64,000 bases of DNA from a virus, in IMG/VR virus record IMGVR_UViG_3300046171_000225, positions 64,001 to 128,000 of that record; one strand, given 5' to 3'. Position numbers and translations under genes: made by a program. Shown piece by piece: positions 7,918-17,999 of the stretch. The notes beneath the pieces were generated by a model. That model had not been told where the DNA came from and ran no database searches. It worked only from the letters and a program-made list of their open reading frames with translations. The first letter of the stretch is position 1. Every line of letters begins with the position of its first letter.

Positions 7918-9539
7918 AACTCCTACTTGAAAGATGGCGTCAATATGTAAACGAAGAACTTTTGAACGAACTCTCTCTCGAAGATGTTGAGAAAAGATTT
8001 GATTCAAAGAAGTTTTCAAAGGCTGTTAAGCGTTACGAAGTTTCCCCTGACTATGCAAAAGAACAGCTACTTGCTCGTATACCTAAAGACATTACCGAAA
8101 AAGATAAGGCTGGGGCACTTAACTGGCTGATCAGCCTTTTTGTAAAAGATCCTAAACAAGTGTTTGTTGATCCGGAAGGAAGGCCCATATCTCGCTCAAA
8201 AGTAACTGGTGATCTTGAACTTTTCTTCCAAATTAAGAAGCAAAATCTAGCTAGATTTCTTGACAAAAGAAGTTTGTCTAGAATGGAGTCTGTTTCCGAG
8301 TTAGGTAAAGTCGTAGATGCTGCTAGAGAGCCTTATAAAAAGCATATGGAAAAAAAGGATTACTTAGACGCTGAACAAGGCAAACTAAAAATCTTTGAAA
8401 ATGACGAATATAAAGTTTTCATTCCAACCAATAAAGGGGCAGCTTGCGAACTAGGTAAAGGGACGGAATGGTGTACTGCTGCGCCGGGACTGCATTATTA
8501 TGAACATTATCACAAAGAAGACGATCCTTTAATTATTTTTAAAAGCAAGACTGATTCTAAAAAAGATGTACAAGTGCATTTTGGAAGTCATCAATTCATG
8601 GATGTAAACGATGAAGATATCGGACAAGAACGCGCTGTTCGTCTTGCTAGTTTGTTGAAGGGTAATAAATACTTACCAAAAAAGGTCTTAAATATCATAG
8701 ATGAGATAGAATATATCTCTCTGGGTGATGGTAAGGAAATAATTGTTGATTTTACGGGCCATAAGCTCTGGTATCTAAACGGCAAATTTCACCGTGAAGA
8801 CGGTCCTGCTCTTGAGTCGCCTGAAGGTTATAAAGAATGGTACCTAAACGGCAAACAACACCGTGTGGGGGGTCCTGCCGTTGAAGACCCCGATGGCGCT
8901 GAAGCATGGTATCTAAACGGCAAACTCCACCGTGAAGATGGTCCTGCCAAAACAACCCGAGTCGGCATACAGGAATGGTGGCTGAGGGGCCAACGCCACC
9001 GTGTAGACGGCCCTGCTATTGTCGTACCAGGGGTTTCAGAAGCGTGGTACCTAAACGGCCTTCTTCATCGTGAAGACGGCCCTGCTCTGTCCAATGCCAC
9101 AGAAAAAAAGTGGTACTTAAAAAACTTTCTTCACCGTGTAGACGGCCCTGCCATTGAGAGAGCCGATGGCAGAAAGGAATGGCACCTGAGGGGCAAACTT
9201 TACCATAGGGAGCAGGCTGACGGCACAAAGAAGTGGTATCAGGACAGAGCTCTTCATCGCGAAGACGGCCCCGCTATTATATATCCAGATGGCTCAAAGG
9301 AATGGCATTTAAACGGCCAACAACACCGTGAAGATGGTCCTGCCATTGAGATGGCCAACGGCACAAAGATCTGGTACCTAAACGGCCTTCTTCATCGTGA
9401 AGACGGCCCTGCCATTGAGAGGCCCGACGGCGTCGGACCTATGGCAGACGGCTCAAAGGAATGGTTCCTAGATGGCAAACGCTATACCAAAGAACAGTAC
9501 GAAGAAGAAATGAAATCTAGAAAAGGAGAAGAAGGATGA
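7914..9539 (+). CDS. Repeat protein: N-terminal LLERW signal, PcfJ-like 'WCT' domain, ~10 WYLNGxxHREDGPA repeats
   Basis: GKGTEWCTAA motif; tandem 22-23-aa repeats. Confidence 0.8.
   Translation: MKLLLERWRQYVNEELLNELSLEDVEKRFDSKKFSKAVKRYEVSPDYAKEQLLARIPKDITEKDKAGALNWLISLFVKDPKQVFVDPEGRPISRSKVTGDLELFFQIKKQNLARFLDKRSLSRMESVSELGKVVDAAREPYKKHMEKKDYLDAEQGKLKIFENDEYKVFIPTNKGAACELGKGTEWCTAAPGLHYYEHYHKEDDPLIIFKSKTDSKKDVQVHFGSHQFMDVNDEDIGQERAVRLASLLKGNKYLPKKVLNIIDEIEYISLGDGKEIIVDFTGHKLWYLNGKFHREDGPALESPEGYKEWYLNGKQHRVGGPAVEDPDGAEAWYLNGKLHREDGPAKTTRVGIQEWWLRGQRHRVDGPAIVVPGVSEAWYLNGLLHREDGPALSNATEKKWYLKNFLHRVDGPAIERADGRKEWHLRGKLYHREQADGTKKWYQDRALHREDGPAIIYPDGSKEWHLNGQQHREDGPAIEMANGTKIWYLNGLLHREDGPAIERPDGVGPMADGSKEWFLDGKRYTKEQYEEEMKSRKGEEG
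8768..9480 (+). repeat. Intragenic tandem repeats encoding WYLNGxxHREDGPA units
   Basis: 41-nt exact copy at 9045-9085 and 9372-9412; about 9 full and 2 partial units. Confidence 0.9.
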
Positions 9540-9967
9540 TAAACTCTATTTTATTAGTTGATGATGAAAACCTATTTCATCTTGTATTTGAGGACGCTTG
9601 TTCTCTGTTAGACATTACCCTGAACTTGGAAAGCATTTCTTCTTCTGACGAGGCAGCAAGGTTATTCAAGGAATGGCAAACCCAGCCAGACAAAAAGCCT
9701 GAATGTGTTTTTGTTGATCTCAACATTGTTGGTTCTTCCTTTGACGGTATTGAACTAACCAGAAAGATCAACTTTGAATACGGCAACGGTGTTGTTATTG
9801 GTATTATTTCTTCGTCTGCGGACGATACTGAAATCGCCAAAGCAGTCCAAGCAGGGGCACAGTTCTGGATTGTAAAGTCAGATGACATTGAGCCAAGGCT
9901 TGAAGCATTCCACAAGGATTACCCTGCTTACAAAGACAGAACAGCACAGTTCAAGGTTTATAGATAA
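9536..9967 (+). CDS. Single-domain response regulator (receiver)
   Basis: LLVDDE, FVDLNI (phospho-Asp), DGIEL, ISSS, IVK. Confidence 0.9.
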   Translation: MINSILLVDDENLFHLVFEDACSLLDITLNLESISSSDEAARLFKEWQTQPDKKPECVFVDLNIVGSSFDGIELTRKINFEYGNGVVIGIISSSADDTEIAKAVQAGAQFWIVKSDDIEPRLEAFHKDYPAYKDRTAQFKVYR

Positions 9968-9969
9968 CA

Positions 9970-10536
9970 ATGATTGTAATGACTGAAAGGGTCAAGGATG
10001 ACCTTATAAAGCTTGCGAAAGAAAGAAACATTTACCTTGAAGGCAACATTCTCAAAGTCATAGATACTGACGGCGATGCCGAGTTTGAGGCTTATGTCCA
10101 AGACGCCCTTCAGCAAGACAAGGTTACCCGTCGCAAGCGTCTGGAGATGACCAAACAAGTCCAACAGCAGAATAAAGAGTTGCTGGAGACACAAGAAGAA
10201 AAAGATGTTCTTATGGAAGAACTTCGCGAAGCCCTTCAGCAAGCAGAGGACGCCAAGGTAGAAGCTGAGAATGACCTTGATGTTCTTCAAAAGAAAACAC
10301 AGTTTGAACTTATCGGTCAGATCGTAACGGTTGCCCTTTGGATCATTATGGGCGTCGGCCTTACAACAACCGGTCTTTTCGTAGTGTCTATGTATACTGG
10401 TGTCGATACAACACTTATTGGAAATACTTGGTCAAATCTATTTGGAATCTTGCTAACAAACTCATTTAGTATTATAGGTACTATCATGGGTGTCAAATAT
10501 TCGTCTGAGAGTTCGCCTAGAAGTAGCAAAGAGTAA
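9970..10536 (+). CDS. Coiled-coil protein with two C-terminal TM helices
   Basis: Q/E-rich heptads followed by two hydrophobic segments; adjacent to the receiver gene. Confidence 0.75.
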   Translation: MIVMTERVKDDLIKLAKERNIYLEGNILKVIDTDGDAEFEAYVQDALQQDKVTRRKRLEMTKQVQQQNKELLETQEEKDVLMEELREALQQAEDAKVEAENDLDVLQKKTQFELIGQIVTVALWIIMGVGLTTTGLFVVSMYTGVDTTLIGNTWSNLFGILLTNSFSIIGTIMGVKYSSESSPRSSKE

Positions 10537-10557
10537 AGACACTTTTATGGAGTAACA

Positions 10558-10872
10558 ATGCTAGAACCACAATTTAAAATGTATGCAAAGCCGACTTGCC
10601 CCTTTTGCGAGAAGGCAAAAGATCTTATTTTAAATAATCTTAAGCTTTCTGTGTCAATTGAAGACGTTACTGACAGACCAACCTTAAGAAACGAGCTTAT
10701 TGGTGAAACGGGAATCAAGACTGTTCCAATCATTTACCTTGGCGATAAGTTGATTGGAGGATGTACGGATCTAGAAGAATCAATCTTAAATGGAAGAATG
10801 GAGGTTTTTCTACTAAAAGAAGAGATTCGTCTCTTGAAGCAAGAAATTACCTCTTTGCGTACAAGCATTTAA
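10558..10872 (+). CDS. Glutaredoxin
   Basis: CPFC, TVPII, IGGC. Confidence 0.9.
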   Translation: MLEPQFKMYAKPTCPFCEKAKDLILNNLKLSVSIEDVTDRPTLRNELIGETGIKTVPIIYLGDKLIGGCTDLEESILNGRMEVFLLKEEIRLLKQEITSLRTSI

Positions 10873-10875
10873 AGA

Positions 10876-11748
10876 TTGAATTTTAGTCGTATAGTTATTG
10901 GTTCGTCCGTTGAAGCATTGTTGTATGCTTTCAAGACAGATAGCTACATCTTGATGCTGAATCATGAAATCCCGTTTGAGTTCGACTATAGTGAAGAAAA
11001 TCAGACTTTTGATTTCCTGAAGATTAGCGATACAGATCAGCTAAATACTAGTGGTGACACAATACGGGTTGGAGCACAAAAGCAAAAGATATGGCAAAAG
11101 CTACTGTTTGTTCTCCATCTTAGCGGAAAAGTTTTATTCGGTAACCAATCCCGTTCTGCCACGGTAGATTCAAACTCGTTAAGCGTGGGATGTGAGGGAG
11201 CAAAGAGAAGAGATCTCTCTTTTGACAAGCTTACCGTGTTTGATGATCACAATGTTTACGGTCTCCCTCCAGCGATCAATCAAATTAAAAAGAAGAACGT
11301 TGTTTATGATTGGTTTAACGTAAACTCTTGCGAGCAGCATGAATACGACTTTTTGCAGTTTGATGCAGACTTTGTAAAGAATGTGTTCTTCTACAAAACA
11401 AAGAGAAGCAAGTCACAAATTAAAGATTTCGTGACTGTTTCTTATTTGGAGGATGAAGAAATTTATGATTTCTCAAACTCTGAAACATACGTCAAGTTCA
11501 AGATGCTTAGCGTTTATGAGGAGCTGGGTATTAGGGGTACTCGAAACGGAAGAGACCCAAAGAGGACTGGACATTATAAGCACTATGCGCTTGATATAGA
11601 GTCTGCTAGTCGAGTAGTGACACCTAGAGTCCAGAATATCTATCCAAAGATAAGTAATATAGATTTTAATTATATGTCGTTTGACGATATATACATGCTG
11701 GAGGATAATAGCTCCGGGTATACTAAGAAGGTGGCGGAGATGTTGTGA
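10876..11748 (+). CDS. Hypothetical protein with degenerate Rossmann-like N-terminus
   Basis: IVIGSSVEALLYA start; long ORF. Confidence 0.6.
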   Translation: MNFSRIVIGSSVEALLYAFKTDSYILMLNHEIPFEFDYSEENQTFDFLKISDTDQLNTSGDTIRVGAQKQKIWQKLLFVLHLSGKVLFGNQSRSATVDSNSLSVGCEGAKRRDLSFDKLTVFDDHNVYGLPPAINQIKKKNVVYDWFNVNSCEQHEYDFLQFDADFVKNVFFYKTKRSKSQIKDFVTVSYLEDEEIYDFSNSETYVKFKMLSVYEELGIRGTRNGRDPKRTGHYKHYALDIESASRVVTPRVQNIYPKISNIDFNYMSFDDIYMLEDNSSGYTKKVAEML

Positions 11749-12629
11749 GTAAATTTCATTTAGCAGGCATAATCCCAGTGCAGAAGAACGACCTCTCTTT
11801 TAATTTTGAGTGGCCTGACTCTCTTATGCCGATTGGGGAAAACCTAACAGCCGTCGAGCGAGCAGTGATGGAATGTGCTTGGGCTGGGTGCGAGACTATC
11901 TGGATCATTTGCAACGATGATATATCCCCGGTGATTAAGCACCGAGTAGGAGAGTTGGTTCAAGATCCTGTGTGGCTTCGAGCTTTGGATCCGTACCCTT
12001 CAGAGTCAAGAAAACCGATCCCAATTTTTTACGTCCCAACCCATGCAAAGCATAGAGATAAGATAGACTCGCTTGGTTGGAGTATCATATATGGGTCCTT
12101 GTCGGTGTTTAAGATAGCCATTAAGATGAGTAGATGGCTAGTTCCAAGCAGATATTACGTTGCTTTTCCTTACTCAGTCTACGATCCTCAGATTTTAAGG
12201 AAACACAGAGCCGAGATCTCTAATAAAAAAGGTTTTTGTCTTTCATATGAAGGCAAAACAATTAAAGATGGTGAAAAACTAGGCTTTACGTTCAACAAAG
12301 ACGATTTTATTAGGTACAGACGGGTGGTCAGGCAAGAGGGCGTGGGTCTATACAAGTCTCCGGAAGAGGGCCAGATGCCGAGGGAGAAGTATCCCAAAGA
12401 AGAAAGATATTCCGCCCAGTTTTTTTCGTTAGAGAAGATATTTAGGTCTACGGACGTGGAAAACAGCACTGTCGTAGACCTTCCTTGGCACTATCCTATT
12501 GACACATGGGACGAGTGGGCTAACTATATAGGGTCAACACATCAAGGCTTGATTAAAAGGCCAAGTAAACTTTTTCTCTCGTACAGAGAGTGGAACAGAA
12601 TAGGGGTGGATAACGATGAAGACGAGTAG
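11745..12629 (+). CDS. Sugar-nucleotidyltransferase-like (GT-A) protein, divergent
   Basis: AGIIP..LMPIG..AVERAVMECAWAGCETIWII resembles NTP_transferase N-terminus. Confidence 0.5.
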   Translation: MSKFHLAGIIPVQKNDLSFNFEWPDSLMPIGENLTAVERAVMECAWAGCETIWIICNDDISPVIKHRVGELVQDPVWLRALDPYPSESRKPIPIFYVPTHAKHRDKIDSLGWSIIYGSLSVFKIAIKMSRWLVPSRYYVAFPYSVYDPQILRKHRAEISNKKGFCLSYEGKTIKDGEKLGFTFNKDDFIRYRRVVRQEGVGLYKSPEEGQMPREKYPKEERYSAQFFSLEKIFRSTDVENSTVVDLPWHYPIDTWDEWANYIGSTHQGLIKRPSKLFLSYREWNRIGVDNDEDE

Positions 12630-15600
12630 AATTGATTTTGTTAACTTGCATGGACACTCGGTAGCCGGGTCAATCTTTGATGGCCTTGGTTTTCCACAAG
12701 ATCACATGAACTTCGCCTACGAGAATGGTTGCAAGGCGCTCGCTCTCACGGACCACGGAAATATGAATGGGCTTTCGCATCAAGTCCTTCACGGTAAGAA
12801 GATGAAGAAGGAGGGCAAGGACTTTAAGCCTATTTACGGTGTGGAAGCCTACTTTGTGCCATCTATCGCGGAGTGGCGTGAGGAATACGAGGCAAACCTC
12901 AAAGATAAGAAGAAAGCCCGTGCGATTAAGAAGGGAGACACGAGTGGAGCTACCGTTGAGGATGAATCCGAGTCCAAGAAGAGTTCCAAAAACATTCTTA
13001 ACCGTCGTCGCCACCTTGTTCTACTTGCCCAAAACCAAAAGGGCCTCAACAACCTCTTCAAGTTGGTTTCCGAGTCTTACCGACCAGAAAACTTCTACCG
13101 CTACCCCCGGATCGACTTCGACCTTCTAGAGAAGTACTCAGAGGGCATTGTGGCAGCTTCCGCTTGCTTGGGTGGTGTCTATGCCGGGTGCATGTGGGAG
13201 CACCGTGAGGAGGGCGAGGAGGCTGTCCTAAAGGCTATGCGTGGCATCACCGAGCGCTTTATTTCCATCTTTGGTGATCGTTGGTATGGCGAACTTCAAT
13301 GGAACAATGTACCCGAGCAACATGACCTCAATAGGTACATTATCCAAATGCACAAGGAATATGGGATTAAACTCATTTCTACGGCGGATTCTCACTATCC
13401 CGACCCAAATGCTTGGAAAGACCGAGAGCTCTACAAGCGATTGGGTTGGCTAGGCAAGGGACGACCTTCTTGGGCAGAAGATGGAGATCTACCCATCTCT
13501 GTTGATGAAATCGGATACGAACTATACCCCAAGAATGGTGACCAAATGTGGGCATCATACAAAAAGTATTCCGAAGAGTGTGGAACAACCTACGATGATA
13601 GGCTTGTGCTGCGTTCTATCTTGGAGACATGCGATATTGCGTACAACAGGATTGAAGACTTTTTCCCTGACAATACCGTCCGACTACCCGATTTTGTTAT
13701 TCCGCCCGGAGAAACAGCGGATACGGCATTGGAAAAATTTTGTCTAGAAGGACTAAGAACTAAGGGTCTCCACACAAGAGAAGATTATATCAATCGACTT
13801 AAGCATGAGCTTGAAGTCATCAGAGACCGTGGCTTCTCGAAATACTTCCTTACAATGAAGGAGGTAACCGATATTGCTAACGAAGAGATGCTTACGGGTC
13901 CGGGCCGAGGGTCGGCTGCTGGAGCTCTAGTTGCTTACGCTCTAGACATCACACAGGTTGATCCTATTGAGTACGGCCTGCTCTTCTCCCGTTTCCTACG
14001 CTCAGACGCCACAGACTATCCGGACATTGACTACGATGTGGCAGAGCCGATGGAGCTTAAAGATATTCTTATTGATCGTTGGGGCGACAACGTTGTCGCT
14101 CCAATCTCGAACTGGAATACTCTACAACTTAAGTCCCTTGTAAAAGACATTTCTAAGCTCTATGAGATTCCATTTACCGAGGTGAACAACGTTACCGGTA
14201 AGATGATGGTAGAAGCCACAGGCCCAGCGAAGGAAAAGCACGGTATTAAGTCTGGAGTTTACAACCCTACCTTTGAGGAGGTGCTTGAGTTCTCTCCCAC
14301 ACTTCAGAAGTTCTTGCTTACTTATCCTCATGTTGCCGAGCATATTAATGCTCTCTACGGACAGGTGCGCTCCTGTTCACGTCATGCAGGTGGTGTTGTG
14401 ATTGCAGAGGACTTGGACTACCACATGCCTCTCATCTCCTCGAAGAACGTCAGGCAGACTCCATGGTCAGAGGGCCAGAACGTCCGTCACTTGGAACCAA
14501 TGGGCTTTATTAAGTTTGACCTTCTTGGTCTTTCTACCTTGAGAATGATTGAGGGCGCAGTCCGACATATCTTGAAGAGGCATTACAATATCGAGAACCC
14601 TACGTTCAAGGATGTGAAGGATTACTACGATAAGAATCTACACCCCGACACAATGGATTTGGCAGACCAAGAAGTATACAAAAATATCTTCCATACTGGC
14701 AAATGGGCGGGTGTCTTTCAGTTCACAGAGTCAGGTGCTCAGAACTTCTGTGTCCAGGTCAAGCCAACAAGCATCATTGATATTGCTGCTATCACGTCTA
14801 TTTATCGTCCCGGACCTCTCGCAGCAGATGTCGATAAGGAATACTTGAAGGCCAAGGAGCAACCGCAGTTCGTTAACTACTTTAACGATATGCACAAGGA
14901 CATTACGCAAGAGACTTATGGCTTCCTTATTTTCCAAGAGCAGATTGCTCTCCTTGCCCACAAGCTTGGAAAAGACCTTACTCTTGACGAAGGAAATAAG
15001 CTTCGTAAGGTCTTGACCAAGAAGGGAACTGGTAAAGAAGCGGAAGTAAAGAACAAGCTACATAAAAAGTTTGTAGACGGTTGTGTTGAGAAAGGGATTA
15101 CCGCCAAGGCTGCTAACCGTATGTGGGAGACGTTTGAGTACTTCTCTGGGTATGGCTTCAACAAGTCTCACGCTGTGTCTTACTCGATCCTATCGTACCA
15201 GTGTGCTTGGCTTCTGAACTACTACCCGTCTGAATGGATGGCAGCCTTCTTGGATAAGGAGCCAGAGACGAGAAAAGAACAAGCACTTAGCACTGCCAAG
15301 TCTTTTGGCTTTGATATTGAGCCTATCAATATCAATACTTCGGGAGACGTATGGGGAATCTCTCCAAATGGCAAAACTCTTATCCAGCCGCTTAGTGCTA
15401 TCAAGGGATTGGGGGCTGCCGCTATTCAGCAGATCCTGGCCAACAGACCCTTCAGTGATATTGAGGACTTCTTGTTTAATGAAAACATTGTATACTCAAA
15501 GCTTAACAAGAAGTGTTTGGATGCTCTCGTTAGGGCAGAGGCACTAGATCTGTTTATGGATGAGCGCTTCACTGGCCGTAAGCATTTCTGGTCTGCAGTC

Positions 15601-16053
15601 GCTGTTGACCGGCCACGAAACAGGAAGAAGTTCAATATCAATATTGAGACTTATGCTCCGGAAAAAGATTTTACTCTAGAGCAAGAGATCCAGAACATTG
15701 TTACTTTGACGGGAAGATTCCCTTTTGAAAGGATTATGTCTGAGGATGTTCTTGAGAGCCTGAAGAGAAACTGTATTCCTCCGATCTCCGAGTACGACCC
15801 TGAGATCATGGTAGTATGGCTTGTTCCTCGTTCAGTGAAGAAGAAGACAACCAGAAAGGGTAAGGATTATTTTGAGATTGAGGCTACGGATAGCAACTCT
15901 GTTATCACCAAAGTTCGATGTTGGGGCATCGACGTTAGCAAGGGTGATAAGATTGTTGTGAACGCTCCCTACATAGTAAAGCCCAGCCACAGTCCAGAAT
16001 GGGGATTCTCTACCCGAGGTAAGGTTGCCGTGAATTGGAAGATGCTTGCCTAA
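12616..16053 (+). CDS. dnaE: DNA polymerase III alpha subunit (family C)
   Basis: PHP motifs HGHS/TDHG/DSHY, GRGSAAG, PDIDYD, KFDLLGL, YGFNKSHA. Confidence 0.97.
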   Translation: MKTSRIDFVNLHGHSVAGSIFDGLGFPQDHMNFAYENGCKALALTDHGNMNGLSHQVLHGKKMKKEGKDFKPIYGVEAYFVPSIAEWREEYEANLKDKKKARAIKKGDTSGATVEDESESKKSSKNILNRRRHLVLLAQNQKGLNNLFKLVSESYRPENFYRYPRIDFDLLEKYSEGIVAASACLGGVYAGCMWEHREEGEEAVLKAMRGITERFISIFGDRWYGELQWNNVPEQHDLNRYIIQMHKEYGIKLISTADSHYPDPNAWKDRELYKRLGWLGKGRPSWAEDGDLPISVDEIGYELYPKNGDQMWASYKKYSEECGTTYDDRLVLRSILETCDIAYNRIEDFFPDNTVRLPDFVIPPGETADTALEKFCLEGLRTKGLHTREDYINRLKHELEVIRDRGFSKYFLTMKEVTDIANEEMLTGPGRGSAAGALVAYALDITQVDPIEYGLLFSRFLRSDATDYPDIDYDVAEPMELKDILIDRWGDNVVAPISNWNTLQLKSLVKDISKLYEIPFTEVNNVTGKMMVEATGPAKEKHGIKSGVYNPTFEEVLEFSPTLQKFLLTYPHVAEHINALYGQVRSCSRHAGGVVIAEDLDYHMPLISSKNVRQTPWSEGQNVRHLEPMGFIKFDLLGLSTLRMIEGAVRHILKRHYNIENPTFKDVKDYYDKNLHPDTMDLADQEVYKNIFHTGKWAGVFQFTESGAQNFCVQVKPTSIIDIAAITSIYRPGPLAADVDKEYLKAKEQPQFVNYFNDMHKDITQETYGFLIFQEQIALLAHKLGKDLTLDEGNKLRKVLTKKGTGKEAEVKNKLHKKFVDGCVEKGITAKAANRMWETFEYFSGYGFNKSHAVSYSILSYQCAWLLNYYPSEWMAAFLDKEPETRKEQALSTAKSFGFDIEPININTSGDVWGISPNGKTLIQPLSAIKGLGAAAIQQILANRPFSDIEDFLFNENIVYSKLNKKCLDALVRAEALDLFMDERFTGRKHFWSAVAVDRPRNRKKFNINIETYAPEKDFTLEQEIQNIVTLTGRFPFERIMSEDVLESLKRNCIPPISEYDPEIMVVWLVPRSVKKKTTRKGKDYFEIEATDSNSVITKVRCWGIDVSKGDKIVVNAPYIVKPSHSPEWGFSTRGKVAVNWKMLA

Positions 16054-16090
16054 TCAAAAGACCTCAGTTAGCTTGTAGGCAGGAGGTCAT

Positions 16091-17035
16091 ATGCTGCCAA
16101 GAAGAATCGGTTACGCTTGTATCAACATGCAACTCTCCAACCCTAAAGAGTATGGTGGTGCTCCACGCGGCACCAAAAAGATTACTACAAATAGATCTAT
16201 GATCAAGAGAACCTTTTTGGCTGAGGGCACTAGTTATGCCTCTGAGTTGGGATTGCAAAATGTTAAAGACTTGTACAAGATTCTACAGTGGAACGAAGAA
16301 AATGGTTTTAACTTCTTTAGATTATCTTCTAACCTTTTTCCTTGGGCCTCGGAATATAACTGGGATCAATTACCAAACATTGAGTCTATTTGCGAATGGC
16401 TTGGCAGATCGGGAGATTTTGCCAAGAAGCACGGACACAGGATCACAGCACACCCAGGACCGTTCAACAAACTGACCAGTGGCGATGAGAGGATCATCGG
16501 CAACACAATTAAGGATCTTAGCATCCATGGCTGGACATTTGACCAGATGGGGCTACCAAGAACTCCTTGGGCTAAGATAAATATTCATGTTGGTGCTAGT
16601 TATGGTGACAAGCAAAAAGCTTGCGATAACTTTTGTCGCAACTTTGAGAGACTCCCAGACTCAGTAAAAAGCAGACTAACAGTTGAAAATGATGATAAAG
16701 CCTCCCTCTACTCGACCAAAGAATTGTATGAGCTTATTTTTTCGAGAATTGGTATACCCATTGTTCACGATATTCATCACCATGGTTTTTGTGATGGAGG
16801 ACTTTCTCAAGAAGAGGCCATATCCCTAGCAGCATCCACATGGGGAGACGTGGTTCCTGTTATCCACTACTCAGAAAGTAGGCCAAAAGAGCAGGGAGAC
16901 CCAAAGATTAAACCACAAGCACATTCAGATTATGTGTACGATTACATAGAAACTTATGGACATGAAATAGATTGTATGATAGAAGCAAAGCACAAAGAAC
17001 TTGCAGTCATTAAATGGCTGGAATTACACCGATGA
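16091..17035 (+). CDS. uvdE: UV damage endonuclease
   Basis: IGYACIN, FRLSS, HPGPF, ENDDK, DIHHH, HYSES, AHSDY, MIEAKHKE. Confidence 0.92.
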   Translation: MLPRRIGYACINMQLSNPKEYGGAPRGTKKITTNRSMIKRTFLAEGTSYASELGLQNVKDLYKILQWNEENGFNFFRLSSNLFPWASEYNWDQLPNIESICEWLGRSGDFAKKHGHRITAHPGPFNKLTSGDERIIGNTIKDLSIHGWTFDQMGLPRTPWAKINIHVGASYGDKQKACDNFCRNFERLPDSVKSRLTVENDDKASLYSTKELYELIFSRIGIPIVHDIHHHGFCDGGLSQEEAISLAASTWGDVVPVIHYSESRPKEQGDPKIKPQAHSDYVYDYIETYGHEIDCMIEAKHKELAVIKWLELHR

Positions 17036-17044
17036 GGAGGAAAA

Positions 17045-17329
17045 ATGTTTAGCGTTTACGAATACAACAACGAAGAGAAGGAAGATACTGTCATGGATGA
17101 AAAGACTGAGAAGATGATCGAGTACATTCGTAGCCTCAAGGCAATTGAGGATGCTATGGAGCCTTACAAAGAGCAGAAGCGTGAACTCCGTAAGGACTTC
17201 AAGGAGCAGGGCTGGCTTACTGGTGACGAGATTAGTCTCACAGTTAAGGCCTACCGTATGATGAAGTCTGAGGTTGATATCGATGAGCTCGTCAAGATCT
17301 ACGATTCTCTTCGCGGAGGCAATAAATGA
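17045..17329 (+). CDS. Small dsDNA-binding protein (T4 DsbA/GapR-like)
   Basis: Helical 'IEDAM..KEQKRELRKDFKEQG' pattern. Confidence 0.5.
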   Translation: MFSVYEYNNEEKEDTVMDEKTEKMIEYIRSLKAIEDAMEPYKEQKRELRKDFKEQGWLTGDEISLTVKAYRMMKSEVDIDELVKIYDSLRGGNK

Positions 17330-17781
17330 TTTTAGAGTACGTTGCACTCTCACATTGCAAGCATTCTCCTACAAGAGCAAATCCATCAGATGCTGGTCTT
17401 GACCTTTGTTTCAACCCAAAGGACGGAGCACAAACTGTTCTCCGACCCGGAGAATCTGTGGTTCTTGCAACTGGTTTAAAGTTTGGCATCCCACACGGGT
17501 ACATGCTCCAGATCATGAACCGTAGCGGCAACGCAGCTAAGCGCTCACTCATGGTTGGTGCTTGCGTCGTAGACGCTGGTTATGATGGTGAGGTATTTGT
17601 AAACCTTCATAACATGGGTACTATGAAGCAGATCATCAATCCCGGTGATAAGATTGCACAGGGTGTCGTTATCCCAGTAGTGCCTGTTCGGTTTATGGAA
17701 ACATCAATCGATGATCCTTATTGGTACCCAATTGCCATCTCTGAACGTGGTGATGGTGCTCTAGGGAGCACTGGCCAATGA
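17326..17781 (+). CDS. dut: Trimeric dUTPase
   Basis: DAGLDL, RSG, VVDAGYDGE, KIAQ, RGDGALGSTG. Confidence 0.95.
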   Translation: MILEYVALSHCKHSPTRANPSDAGLDLCFNPKDGAQTVLRPGESVVLATGLKFGIPHGYMLQIMNRSGNAAKRSLMVGACVVDAGYDGEVFVNLHNMGTMKQIINPGDKIAQGVVIPVVPVRFMETSIDDPYWYPIAISERGDGALGSTGQ

Positions 17782-17999
17782 ACCGCAAACAAAGAAGAGC
17801 AGCAAAGAAGCAGAAGTCTTCTGAAGCAATTGATACAAAGATGGCCCTGTTTGGCAAGTTGCCTGACAGTTGTGTGGCTTGTGGGAAACCTTTTGATAAA
17901 AAGGACAAAGACATGGCTATGACTTGGAGCGTTGCTGTGAGAGAAAAAGAAGAAATTGTAGACTTGTTTTGCCCTTCTTGTTGGTCCAAGCATGGCTGA
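17778..17999 (+). CDS. Small Zn-finger protein
   Basis: MNRKQRR start; CVAC and CPSC. Confidence 0.7.
   Translation: MNRKQRRAAKKQKSSEAIDTKMALFGKLPDSCVACGKPFDKKDKDMAMTWSVAVREKEEIVDLFCPSCWSKHG

Noticed and set aside
8768-9480. Diversity-generating retroelement template/variable repeats
   Set aside because: The repeats are all in-frame and differ at all bases, not only adenines; no reverse transcriptase in the window.
12616-16053. Intein or intron in dnaE (or in the visible part of nrdJ)
   Set aside because: Normal length, continuous motifs, no intein splice signatures seen.
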